Below, one piece after another: positions 49,623 through 60,099 of a stretch of DNA of 64,000 nt; the first letter of the stretch is position 1; each line of letters opens with the position of its first letter. The position numbers and the translations under genes are program-made. Below the pieces are notes generated by a model. It had not been told where the DNA came from and did no database searches. It was given only the letters and a program-made list of their open reading frames with translations. Source of the DNA: Veleropilina oligotropha (taxonomy: Eukaryota); the NCBI GenBank assembly GCA_048128005.1, contig JBEUKZ010000065.1, forward strand, positions 1 through 64,000, given 5' to 3'.

Positions 49623-50533
49623 ACAAGTTTATCGAGTTTTTATCGTCGCTCTTTGCACGCGGTATGTCAGTGTCCGCCGTCAAAGGCTATCGGGCTACGG
49701 TCGCGACCACGTTAAAACAGTGCCGTGCCCATGTAGGCCTCTCAAGCGACCGAACGATTTCTGATTTTATACGATCCTACGAACTCGAGATGCCGACCCG
49801 AACCATTAAGCCACCTGCCTGGAATATCGTACTTATTCTTAACGCTCTACTCTTACCTCCGTATGAGCCGATGTCCACGGTAACCATGAGGAACTTAACG
49901 CACAAAACGGTTTTTCTGATCGCCTTAGCGTCGGGCAGGCGTTGTTCCGAGATTCATAGTTTATCCGCCGAGCTACGAGATATTCGATTCCAGTCAGACG
50001 GGTCGGTGATGCTGCGTCCAATCTTGGGCTTTCTAGCCAAGAACCAATGGCCGAACGAGGACGCACCCGATATTATTATCCCTAAGCTTACGCTGGTCGG
50101 AAGGCACGACGAAGACCGGTTAAATTGCCCCGTACGGGCCCTGCGCTTCTACCTCGACAGGACCCGTGATCTGCGGCAGGGTAAATTACGTTTATTCATT
50201 TCGTATCTACCTTCTTTCACCCGCGACATTACAAAGACTACTGTTTCGCGGTGGATTTCACAGGTGGTGAGAGATGTATACTCTCGCTGTGAAGAAGTAG
50301 ACCGCACTATTTTAACTGTGCGCGCGCATGAGGTCCGTGCTATTGCGGCTTCAATTGCCTTCCGACATAATTTAAATATCACAGCGTTGCTTCAAGCCGG
50401 TTACTGGAAGAATGCCAATGTCTTTGTTAAGCATTATCTGCGGGACTATTCTACCGGTGCTGATGGTTTGAGCAGCTTACAGTGTGTCGCTGCTCAACGA
50501 TGTATTGTTAGACCGAGGTCGTCTAATCAGTGA
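48746..50533 (+). CDS. DIRS tyrosine recombinase (true start probably downstream)
   Basis: LTHKTVFLIALASGRRCSEI..FLAKNQ..CPVRALRFYL..ISRWI-like VSRWI..RAHEVRAIAAS..GYW..FVKHYLRD (R..HxxR..W..Y intact). Confidence 0.92.
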   Translation: MADGPSGTTYQLPRVRSRLPVSTVPLVTSPQQAHNARHGQHDCRRLHPAPGRHSLASPLRPSNRPTPPSDVPQLDDSSPTHPGKAECQSGLALSEITDYTHRVDATQPSSSGRLSPVVATPSRSVCNRVQLQTTSVCLPVPGPGRPSGRRTVNDMGESVRICLPPVVHSITGITEGIERTLRDNANSAPVSHATLVSDPPRSDRRSTVSATAETRPVNAAALPCTTPIAERLTFTRLAVIERSLAKKGFSHATALRIYRSRRISTTKVYDYRWVKYVDWCHSRQVNILRPPVNKFIEFLSSLFARGMSVSAVKGYRATVATTLKQCRAHVGLSSDRTISDFIRSYELEMPTRTIKPPAWNIVLILNALLLPPYEPMSTVTMRNLTHKTVFLIALASGRRCSEIHSLSAELRDIRFQSDGSVMLRPILGFLAKNQWPNEDAPDIIIPKLTLVGRHDEDRLNCPVRALRFYLDRTRDLRQGKLRLFISYLPSFTRDITKTTVSRWISQVVRDVYSRCEEVDRTILTVRAHEVRAIAASIAFRHNLNITALLQAGYWKNANVFVKHYLRDYSTGADGLSSLQCVAAQRCIVRPRSSNQ

Positions 50534-53070
50534 GTATTGTTTCTTGATTGATCAATTTACATAATTTTGCTGACGCAATGTTATTTGTTGGCCTAGCTGT
50601 TCTATGAAATAGACACATATGAGGCAATTCAATGTATGTTCATTTCTTAAAAACATTTTAAGATTTTGTACTTCATGTCATACCTGAGTATATTGACAAG
50701 CCAGATCACATTGAATTTAATAAACAATTATATTGCGAAAATCTTATAGGTTTTCAGGTTCAATATTATTTGATGTTCTATGCTGTTATCGAACATACGA
50801 TGTTCAAGACATTGAAATTTTTTTAATATTTGCTTCCTTAAAATTATTTTTAAGTAACATGTCTTACATGTTAGCATTTCGCAAGTTGGTCATGCGAATC
50901 AATTATTAATATCGATTAGTTATTTAATCTATTAATTCTTTGCTTTTGATTTCAAGCTTTCACAACCTGTTAGGTTCCGTGTGCTTACAAATCCGACTGC
51001 ATCCTCTGGCTACCGGCCTTCGGCCAGGAGTACCATTTGGCTGCCACTGGCCCATGACACGTAAGACCTACAGGGATCCATCCTTCCGGCCGTGCCTGGG
51101 GCTGATTGCACTTCTGTTCACCTCGTCCGACTAACACCACGGCGTATTCTCCCGGTAACACTGGTCGAAATTCTCGCTTGGTAAGAGTTGAATATAATTC
51201 TCAGTAAATTCCACTCTGGGCGGACACAATCGACGCTTCGAGCTGATTGAAATGGTGAAAAGTAAGTCATTATCTTGTTTGGGTTGTTGTAAGGAACTTC
51301 TTACCCACCTATCCAAGGTTATTCTGGCAAGAGTAAGGACGTAAGTAAGTTTGTAACTACATATGAGGTTTTTAAGTAAACCTAATATTAGTTAAAACAT
51401 ACTTACGTCCTTACCACGATTACCCACCCTGCGTTTCGCATTCCTCCCCTCTACTAAGTTACTTTGGGGTTCTGAACTTTGAATTGAGGTCTTGTGATCT
51501 CGAGCTCGGATATCTCGCGAGACTTGGCGAGATCTCGCCGGGGGAACTTAGAGAGCGGGAGCAGGGGAGGTAATCGTGGTACGTTTTGACTTAATAAGTG
51601 CCTAAATGTGACTTTATTCACTGTTTCCGGTTAGCGATAATATGACTATTATGGCAAGAGTAAGGACGTAAGTATGTTTTAACTAATATTAGGTTTACTT
51701 AAAAACCTCATATTAGAGCTATCTCTGTGTTCATATATCTTAATTCATCATATTCTACACCCAGTGTGCATTAGTAAAACCAGGGAATCTCTCTCAAACT
51801 TGTTCAATTGTTATCATAAAATTGCCCCCTGATTGCAGTAATTTTGTTAATAATAATAATATGTTTATTCTTAAAAGCGCATATAACATAATGTCTCAAT
51901 GCTTTGTACATAAAATATGATTACTAAAACAAATATACTAAGATAAAATTATGCAATACAATTTACAATAGTTAAATTCAATAAAAATAAAATAGTTGAT
52001 ATAAATTAATTAAATCCGAAAGATAAAGTTAGAATATAAGTTATAGAGCCGTATCTGTCTCTGAGTGTAAAATGATCATAAATTCAATATGTTATAAAAT
52101 CAGATTACAAATGTAAAAGACTAACAATTTGAAAAAGTATTATTATGACACAATAGGTTAAAAAGTGGGTGTATAGTATAAAATTTAAATACATCTTTAG
52201 CTACACCACAACAACAAATATTCATTATGCCATTTTGACTCCTTTAAATTGATTGCTGAAACAACTAGTCTAGTCTACATTAATATAAGTAATTGCTGTA
52301 AATACAACAATTGAGAAAACCTTTTGGCTCTTTTGTGTAAAGTGTAATTCAAGATGACGTCCTCTTCTTCTCTCGATATATTGTATTAAAGCATCAAGCA
52401 CTTTACATTTGTTGTTTTGGACAATTTGTTGTCTGGTTTGTAATGATTGCAGAAAGCGCCATATTGTTTAACAACATTGATCTTAATTCAATTATCTAGA
52501 AGAACTTACGGTGTATTCACACCTCTCTGCTACTAATGCAGCTGACCAATCAGTGACCAGGCAAGAATGCCTATTGTTCTCGCCAATTAGTTTCCCTGGG
52601 AAGAATACAGAAAGTGTGGTGCCCCTTTAAGCTCCTTGACTTATCTTTACGAAACTTGGTGGGTGTATTTAGTAGTTGGTTAACTGGTGCCTTTTCATAA
52701 TTTTGATATGCGTTGATTTATGACAGTTATTCGCTTTTTTTCAAATTATATTAAATGATCTATTCCGGACCATCTGTGCACTGGGGGGATATGTCATCTG
52801 CTGATGGCTCTTGTCCCAGTTAACAGTCACAGGAGAGTATTGGCTAGTGAGGGCAGGTTTTCTCAAGCAATAACATGGACTGGTCCTTGTATGAATCTGA
52901 AGGTCGTTAAACACGGGACATCGATCAAACAGTGCTTAAAATAACCGACCCAAATGAACAATATTAGTGATATCAAAATAATATCTATGGTGTAGTAATG
53001 GTGTAATCTTTTAAACATTGTTAACTATAATTATGTAAACAGTTACCTTTCAGAGTCAGAATGTTGGCAA

Positions 53071-53111
53071 AGCAGAGCTTTCGCCACCATCTCGGTGGCT
53101 TCTTCAGTGCT
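53071..53111 (-). ncRNA. Minimal type-I hammerhead ribozyme motif (degenerate inverted copy at 54089-54129)
   Basis: AGCA-CUGAAGA-A-GCCACC-GAGAU-GGUGGC-GAAA-GC-UC-UGCU: conserved core, 6-bp stem II, AGCA/UGCU stem I. Confidence 0.8.
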
Positions 53112-53586
53112 GTGTGACGTCACTCCTTAGTCACATGACCGTCGCTAGGACGATCATGTGACAGCAGTTGGCTGTAGATGTCCGGCAGGTCGTATCCCGT
53201 GTCGCGGTTCAGGGTGGGGGCTCTCGTCCTGATCTCGATGGACTCGTTAATCTTCCTTCACCACAGTTGGGCCTCTCTGCTGACCACCTGGCGTCTGTGG
53301 ACTGGATCGAATGGCCCGTGACCGCGATATGCTCACTGATGGCTGTGAGCTCGAGGGAGGTCCTCTTGGATAAGTGGTCTTTCATGCGGGGGTGGTGGCC
53401 CAGAGTGTGACCTGTTTCGTCGATATACGAGTGTCCACAAGCCTGGCAGTGTACCTGGTACGCCACACCTCACTTGTGGGGAGGTCTGTTGTTTTGTCCT
53501 TGGGGTGTACTAGGTTGACCCTTACGGTATTAAATGGTTTGTGGAAGGTAGATACACCGTGTTCTCAGAAGATGTGTCAGAACTTT

Positions 53587-53926
53587 GTTGGGAGTCCTCG
53601 TACGTAGGGCAGGGCGACACTGGGTCCTCTATGTCAGATGGGGCTCCCGTAGGCTTGGGCTCATCGCTTGTGTTGGGAGTCCTCGTACGTAGGGCAAGGC
53701 TACACTGGGTCCTCGATGTCAGATGGGGCTCCCGTAGGCTTGGGCTCGTCGCTTGTGTTGGGAGTCCTCGTACGTAGGGCAAGGCTACACTGCGTCCCCG
53801 ATGTCAGATGGGGCTCCCGTAGGCTTGGGCTCGTCGCTTGTGTTGGGAGTCCTCGTACGTAGGGCAAGGCTACACTGGGTCCTCGATGTCAGATGGGGCT
53901 CCCGTAGGCTTGGGCTCGTCGCTTGT
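53587..53926. repeat. 85-bp tandem repeat x4 within the Penelope remnant
   Basis: TGTTGGGAGTCCTCGTACGTAGGGC at 53587, 53671, 53756 and 53841. Confidence 0.92.
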
Positions 53927-54509
53927 GCGTGGAAGTTTGAACATCCAAGTGGGGCAGCCGTTGGTGGTGAGTGCGTCCTTGACGTGTGCTACTTCCTCTG
54001 ATTTGGATATGACCTGCCGGCCATCTACAGCCAACTGCTGTCACATGATCGTCCTAGCGACGGTCATGTTTAAGAAGTGACGTCGCACAGCACTGATGAA
54101 GCCACCAAGATGGTGGAGAATGCTTTGCTTTGCCAACATACCGACTCTGAAAGATGACTGTTTACGCAATTATAACATCATGACCGAGTTCAGTAACAAC
54201 ATACATAGTATTATCACTGTTAACTAGTGTAGTTATCTCTTTGTTGTGACCTTATCTTGTTAGACTCCACCCTCACATCCATGAGCTTTGTCCAGTTCCT
54301 CTGAATTATGACCAAATCATAAAAATATATGTCATAGAGCTATAGTTTGTCTGATAAGTCATGGAGACGGTTTCCGACGAATGAAAACTTGTTTAAGTTA
54401 ATGTTGTCGTAAAACAAACGATACCATGCCTCTTCCTGTGGGTGAGCGTATGCTGCCCAGAGGCCTCCATTGCTCTCCCTGATGTCTGATTTTCATATTT
54501 TTCCTTCAG

Positions 54510-54621
54510 GCGATCCTCACAGGGGACCATATCCTGTCCGTCGCCACCATGGCCCTCGCTCGTCTCAAAAACGAGCAGGTGGTCACCATTCTTGCCCAGG
54601 TGATAGAAGATCTGATTAGAG
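54510..54621 (+). CDS. PDSS1: PDSS1 exon 5
   Basis: CTTCAG|AILTGDHILSVATMALARLKNEQVVTILAQVIEDLIRG|GTAAGC. Confidence 0.96.
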
Positions 54622-54688
54622 GTAAGCACCATGCAAGGGTTTACAAGCATTGTGCCATGAATAATAGAGGATGGGACCATACAAGGGC

Positions 54689-55500
54689 GATAGAGTGAGA
54701 CATCATGCATGCAGGGTGATAGAGTGAGACATCATGCATGCAGGGTGATAGAGTGAGACATCATGCATGCAGGGTGATAGAGGGAGGCATCATGCATGCA
54801 GGGTGATAGAGGGAGACATCATGCATGCAGGGTGATAGAGGGTGGCATCATGCATGCAGGTTGATAGAGGGAGACATCATGCATGCAGGGTGATAGAGGT
54901 AGACATCATGCATGCATGGTGATAGAGGGAGGCATCATGCATGCAGGGTGATAGAGGGAGACATCATGCATGCAGGGTGATAGAGTGAGACATCATGCAT
55001 GCAGGGTGATAGAGGGAGGCATCATGCATGCAGGGTGATAGAGGGAGGCATCATGCATGCAGGGTGATAGAGGGAGACATCATGCATGCAGGTTGATAGA
55101 GGGAGACATCATGCATGCAGGGTGATAGAGGTAGACATCATGCATGCAGGGTGATAGAGGGAGGCATCATGCATGCAGGGTGATAGAGGGAGACATCATG
55201 CATGCAGGGTGATAGAGGGAGACATCATGCATGCAGGGTGATAGAGGGAGACATCATGCATGCAGGGTGATAGAGGGAGACATCATGCATGCAGGGTGAT
55301 GGAGGTAGACATCATGCATGCAGGGTGATAGAGGGCGGCATCATGCATGCAGGGTGATAGAGTGAGGCATCATGCATGCAGGGTGATAGAGTGAGACATC
55401 ATGCATGCAGGGTGATAGAGGGAGGCATCATGCATGCAGGGTGATAGAGGGAGGCATCATGCATGCAGGGTGATAGAGGGAGACATCATGCATGCAGGGT
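54689..55500. repeat. 29-bp minisatellite, ~28 units
   Basis: Unit GATAGAGGGAGACATCATGCATGCAGGGT. Confidence 0.97.
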
Positions 55501-55539
55501 CATAGAGGCTGGGACCATACAAGGGGGAGGAGGAATTAT

Positions 55540-55786
55540 GCTTAATGTCCTGTATATTTATAACATCGATGTTCAAGGCAGGACATGTCCGTGTTATCGC
55601 GGGAGGAAACCCCGGTCGCCCGGGTAAACCCGCCCTCTTCGGCCAGTCACGGACAACTGTGCTTCATAACTTGAACAAATGTGTGCTGCCTCAGCCGGGG
55701 GTCGATCCCACTACTGTTCGCGTCAGCGGAAACAAGCCAGTGAATTTAGAGTGGACACTCTACCCACTGCGCTACCGAAGCGGCCG
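55540..55786 (-). mobile_element. tRNA-derived SINE, best-preserved copy
   Basis: Minus strand GGCCGCTTCGGTAGCGCAGTGGGTAGAG (A box)..GGGATCGACCCC (B box)..GGGCGGGTTTACCCGGGCGACCGGGGTTTCCTCCCGC central domain. Confidence 0.85.
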
Positions 55787-55871
55787 CCCTTACAAGGGCG
55801 ATAGAGGTAGGCATCATGATGAGGGTTGATAGAGTGCGGGGGTGATAGGGTATGCATCATGCAGCGGGGGA

Positions 55872-56150
55872 CATTTTAGCCCTGTGACTAAAGTCAAACG
55901 ATGCATATAGCATTTGGAATGTCTGTCTGTCTGTCCGTCCATCCGATCTTCGGTGCATCGTAACTCGATCACTACGCACAGCATGCACTATATTTAGTGC
56001 ACTGGTGCCCTGTGAGCGGCCATTGAACTCGTTCGAAGATGGATGACGTTGATCTATTTTCACACACCTCTGTAATGTATGTCGTAAGCGTGGCATTCGT
56101 GACAATGGTCTCTAGATAATGGATTTTATGTACTGCGGTAAGCTGTTCAC
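55872..56150 (+). mobile_element. HINE-like 5' fragment
   Basis: TTTTAGCCCTGTGACTAAAGTC start followed by a (GTCT)n/GTCC microsatellite. Confidence 0.4.
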
Positions 56151-56604
56151 ACCACTTTGATCGAGCACGTCGAAACATTTTAATGTTCAAATGCTATTTT
56201 ATCCAACCAACTAACAGACAAATCTAGGAAAGAATTAGGAAATAATAGAAATGAAATTTCTGATCAATTTTGTTCATGGATATAGTTACTTGTAATATTT
56301 ACTAATTGATTGTTTTGAGTCTCTTATTGTTAAATATAATCACGAAGGACAATGAATATAAGGAAATGGAAAGAAAATTTATGTGTGTAACCGTCTGTCA
56401 TAGGATTTTTCCAATTTCAACACAGAAATGAACATTTATAGAGAGCAAATATGATTATTGATATCCAAAGCAATCCTTATTTTAAAATGGACGAGATATC
56501 CAAATATAAGAAGATAGTGTTGCTGTCTGAATTTATTGCAATGTCATATATATGCCAATTTCTTTTTGTTTAAACTATGATTTGTTCATCATCATTCCTG
56601 AAGC

Positions 56605-56833
56605 AGGCCGTGTGTTATCGGTTGTGGACGCCGAAAATCACTGACTTGATTCCGCTGGCACCCACAGTATTGGGTTCAAACCTCGGCAGGAACATCACAC
56701 ATTTGTTCAAGTTATGAATCACAGTTTTCCGTAACTGGTCGGAGAGGGCGGGTTTCCCTGGGTGACCGGGCTTTCCTCCCGCTAGAATATACATGTACAT
56801 GTCCTGCTTTGAACCAAATGATGGTTGGAAATA
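56605..56833 (+). mobile_element. tRNA-derived SINE; tail resumes at ~58303-58345 after a MITE
   Basis: GGTTCAAACC B box, GGGCGGGTTTCCCTGGGTGACCGGGCTTTCCTCCCGC core; tail TACAGGATATTAAGCAT matches the copy at ~61075. Confidence 0.8.
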
Positions 56834-58016
56834 CAGTCGAACCTGCCCATGCGACCAACTGTATTAAGCGACCACCTGTCTAACGCGACCAACGACCACC
56901 CAAAGAGACCCCAAAGTCTGATTTAACCTATATTAAGCGACCGCGGCTTTTATTTCGTAATAATTTTCTGCCATTTTGTTCGCATTTGCGCACTTCCGTA
57001 AAGGGAGACAATTACGCGCGATATGAGATAAAGGGAATTCGCGTATTGTTTTTATGGTAATTATTGGAATTGTCATTGTAACCTTTTATTTGTCAAAGCA
57101 TAAATTACAGATATTTAATTACAGATTATTTATATAAGATTTCAGGCGCTACATAGACCTATATGTGCGTCGGCCCGTAAAACTAGTGTTATTTTATGAC
57201 AGATTCTAAAGCAAGTTCAGGGTAAATAATATTGATACACGATTGTAGTTTTGTACCTATTACATTTAGTAACTGAGACGTTTGGGATATTAACGTTATA
57301 CCTATTATCACAAACTCCTTTCATCCAGATAGAAACTACAAAGACTGCTAATTTAGTATAATTTAGTATAATGACCATTGAATCACGAATGAACAATGCT
57401 GATTAATTCAATCCATGCACACTAGGCCTATTATTCTTGAATAGGGGATTAGTAGAGTCTATGCTAACACAATTATTGATCTATTGAGTCGTTGATTTGT
57501 TTTCTTTGTCGAAACAAATAAGAGCACGTTTGTTATCCAGAACTAGTGAACTTTTTAAATCCATGCAATATTTTTATAAACATGTAAGGTAATAAATTCA
57601 ATATCCAAAAAGTTGAAAAAACGAATTTAATTTATTATCAGGGAGTTAAGTTATTGGATAAATTTAGCAGTGACTATACTAACTGCCATTGATAACGTGC
57701 TGGTACTGTGTATCGCAAATCTTTACATGCGCAATAAATAGGCAGAATATATATTACGTTGTATATAATTTTATATATAAAATTTATCTGCATTATAAAT
57801 TAAAATATGATACATTTTATGCATAGTTAGATTGTTACACATACACTTAAAATAACAACTTACACGGAATTATGACCTTATGATTACGATGCTACATGTA
57901 TATACATTTATATATAGGAGGTCAATTATGAACGACCCTGTATTGACGGACCACCTGTCTTAAGGGGCCACCTTTTCGGGATCCCTTGAGTGGTCCCTTA
58001 ATACAGGCTGGACGTA
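56834..58016. mobile_element. Tc1/mariner (Tigger/pogo-like) non-autonomous element
   Basis: TA|CAGTCGAACCTG..TATTAAGCGACCAC left end; GTGGTCCCTTAATACAGGCTGGACGTA right end. Confidence 0.65.
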
Positions 58017-58326
58017 TACAGGATATTAAGCATGTATTAAGGGGCCACCTTTTCGGGATCCCTTGAGTGGTCCCTTAATACAGGCTGGACGTATACAGGA
58101 TATTAAGCATGTATTAAGGGGCCACCTTTTCGGGATCCCTGAGTGGTCCCCTACTACAGGATATTAAGCATGTATTAAGGGGCCACCTTTTCGGGATCCT
58201 TGAGTGGTCCCCTACTACAGGTTGGACGTATACAGGATATTAAGCATGTATTAAGGGGCCACCTTTTCGGGATCCCTGAGTGGTCCCTTAATACAGGCTG
58301 GACGTATACAGGATATTAAGCATGTA
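57960..58326. repeat. ~5 tandem copies (60-78 bp) of MITE end plus SINE tail
   Basis: TTAAGGGGCCACCTTTTCGGGATCCC..TACAGGATATTAAGCATGTA repeated. Confidence 0.9.
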
Positions 58327-58427
58327 TCCATTCCTTTCCATTCATACCTTAAGCTTTTGTTGATGAATAAAAAAGACCCTACTGAGAAGAAGATTGCTAA
58401 TAATCGATTCTATGAATTATTTTTCAG

Positions 58428-58537
58428 GTGAATTTATGCAAATGGGATCCAAAGAAGACCAAAATGAAAGATTTACACATTATCTCAAGAAAACATTCAA
58501 GAAGACGGCCAGTCTTATTGCAAATAGTTGTAAGGCT
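58428..58537 (+). CDS. PDSS1: PDSS1 exon 6
   Basis: TTTCAG|..EFMQMGSKEDQNERFTHYLKKTFKKTASLIANSCKA|GTAAGT. Confidence 0.97.
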
Positions 58538-58927
58538 GTAAGTATAGTTAGAATGGCAGCATCATAAGAATCTAAATTGTTATTGGAATATTTGACAATA
58601 TGTTATAAAAGCTGTTGATAAGAAAATAAGCAGCTTTCTGACCCATTTGCTACAGGGTCTTTTGTCTGTTACAGGCGACTGCTTTATATTTGAGAGACTA
58701 AGTGATTAATAGTACAATTTAAACTGTATTGAAGCTTTTATGTATGTTTGACTTCAAAGCGGAATGCTGAGTTATTCTGGTATAAAAATATTGAAGGCAT
58801 AATGCATATTTTTTAAAGAACACATTCAAATATTCATATGTCCATCAAAGTCTTCAAGGCTTCTGAAAATCCATCTGCCTTGACCTGCTCCATGATGCTA
58901 ATTATAGAAGTTTGTCCGTTCTTCCAG

Positions 58928-59008
58928 GTTGCTGTTTTGGGCCATTGTAGTCAAGATGTTGTAGAAATGGCCTATCAATATGGTCGCCATATAGGAGTTG
59001 CATTTCAG
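58928..59008 (+). CDS. PDSS1: PDSS1 exon 7
   Basis: TTCCAG|VAVLGHCSQDVVEMAYQYGRHIGVAFQ|GTGGGT. Confidence 0.96.
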
Positions 59009-59220
59009 GTGGGTTAATACTAGATAACTTATGTGATCTTTAAATAAATAATACTATAAAGCGCCCTTATCACTACATAAGATTTACTTCAATCGATACT
59101 AGCTGAATTATGCATTTGTTACGATAAATAATTCTCCATGTCTACTTTATATATATGTGTATCTATCAAATTATTTAGCAATAGCTAGGTTTTAACTACC
59201 TATTTATTTCTATTGATCAG

Positions 59221-59334
59221 TTAGTGGATGACCTGTTGGACTTCACGTCTTGTGACCAGATTCTGGGAAAGCCGACGGCAGCCGATCTCAGATTGGGCCT
59301 GGCGACGGCTCCCGTCCTCTTTGCGGCACAAGAG
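59221..59334 (+). CDS. PDSS1: PDSS1 exon 8 (second Asp-rich motif)
   Basis: ATCAG|LVDDLLDFTSCDQILGKPTAADLRLGLATAPVLFAAQE|GTAATA. Confidence 0.97.
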
Positions 59335-59628
59335 GTAATATTGTATGGCGAAAAACCAGTAGCATTTTCTTCAGCTTGCTGGTATCTACGGTCACCTACA
59401 TGTCACTAAATTTGTTTGCTTGTCAATACATGTCATCATTCAAAGTTGCCTAAAAAATTGTTGTTGTGGTCGTTAAATATCAATTCTTGCATTTATTTCT
59501 AGGTAACTAGAACAGGCTTGGTGAAGAATGGATTAAATTTGATCTATTCAAGGATCGGACACTATTGTTTCAATTTTCCAGATTCTGCATGTTAGAACTG
59601 GTTACTTACCTAGATCTTGTGTGCTTAA

Positions 59629-59735
59629 CTCTTTGCCTGCTGGCGGCAGGAAATCCTGCCCTGCCATTGTTATGCAAGGCACTCACATAGCATTAGTTAA
59701 TGAGCTATCCATTGTGTTCCTTAGCATGCTAAGAG
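59629..59735. mobile_element. 107-bp piggyBac-like MITE
   Basis: TTAA|CTCTTTGCCTGCT ... AGCATGCTAAGAG|TTAA. Confidence 0.6.
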
Positions 59736-60018
59736 TTAAAATATCATCCGCTCTGTGATAGTGTGAAAAACAACAACAATGTACCATCGTTTATTATTCA
59801 ATACATTGATAAAGTAATGTTCAAATTAAAAGCAAGATTATTTGGTTGTTGTGTCTTGGTCTTAGTAGTTGCTCACCTCTTTCCATTGGACCCATGGTAA
59901 CATCATGCAATATACAATGTAACGTAACTTCCATATCATCGCTCGACAACTTACATTATCAGAATTTGATCGCATTTTATTTACATTTACAAATGAAAGT
60001 TGTCAATTTCCTTTCTAG

Positions 60019-60099
60019 TATCCAGAGCTCAACCCGATGATAATGAGGCGCTTCTCTCAGGATGGGGACGTCCAACTCGCACGATCGCTCGTGACTCAA
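60019..60099 (+). CDS. PDSS1: PDSS1 exon 9
   Basis: TTTCTAG|YPELNPMIMRRFSQDGDVQLARSLVTQ|GTAGGA. Confidence 0.95.

Larger units (their letters stand above)
44412..51713 (+). mobile_element. DIRS-type tyrosine-recombinase retrotransposon, apparently complete
   Basis: 200-bp ITRs 44429-44628 / 51475-51674, internal complementary region ~51325-51414, gag, RT-RH-MT and YR ORFs all open. Confidence 0.95.
38766..52626. mobile_element. Long-TIR non-autonomous DNA transposon with TTAA TSD (Kolobok-like)
   Basis: TTAA|AGGGGCACCACACTTTCTG..GGGAAACTAATTGGCGAGAACAATAGGCAT inverted at 52565-52626|TTAA; purine-purine start plus TTAA TSD; diverged TIR similarity continues past 42640. Confidence 0.8.
37915..52814 (+). 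mobile_element. HINE-type element split by a 13.9-kb insertion (own sequence 37915-38765 and 52627-52814)
   Basis: 5' TTTTATCCCCCCTGCA..TGCGGGAGGAT hairpin, ~165-bp internal repeats that resume in register after 52630, 3' GGGGGGATAT plus GTCATC-TGCT-GATGGC hairpin and CTCTTGT end. Confidence 0.75.
53026..54174 (-). mobile_element. Penelope-like element 3' portion bounded by inverted pseudo-LTRs (53026-53197 / 54005-54174)
   Basis: PYVRGL..HKPFNTVR..LVHPKD..VAYQVHCQACGHSYIDETG..RMKDH..AISEH (GIY-YIG endonuclease remnant); inverted repeat seen directly. Confidence 0.85.

Noticed and set aside
45370..50382. Numerous antisense and alternate-frame ORFs in the DIRS
   Set aside because: Expected from GC-rich coding sequence; no recognisable domains
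51850..52200. Possible L2 3' tail on the minus strand
   Set aside because: Only a tail-like motif with no coding remnant; too weak to annotate
55690..55786. tRNA gene
   Set aside because: A and B boxes are present, but there is no cloverleaf and it continues into a SINE body with several dispersed copies
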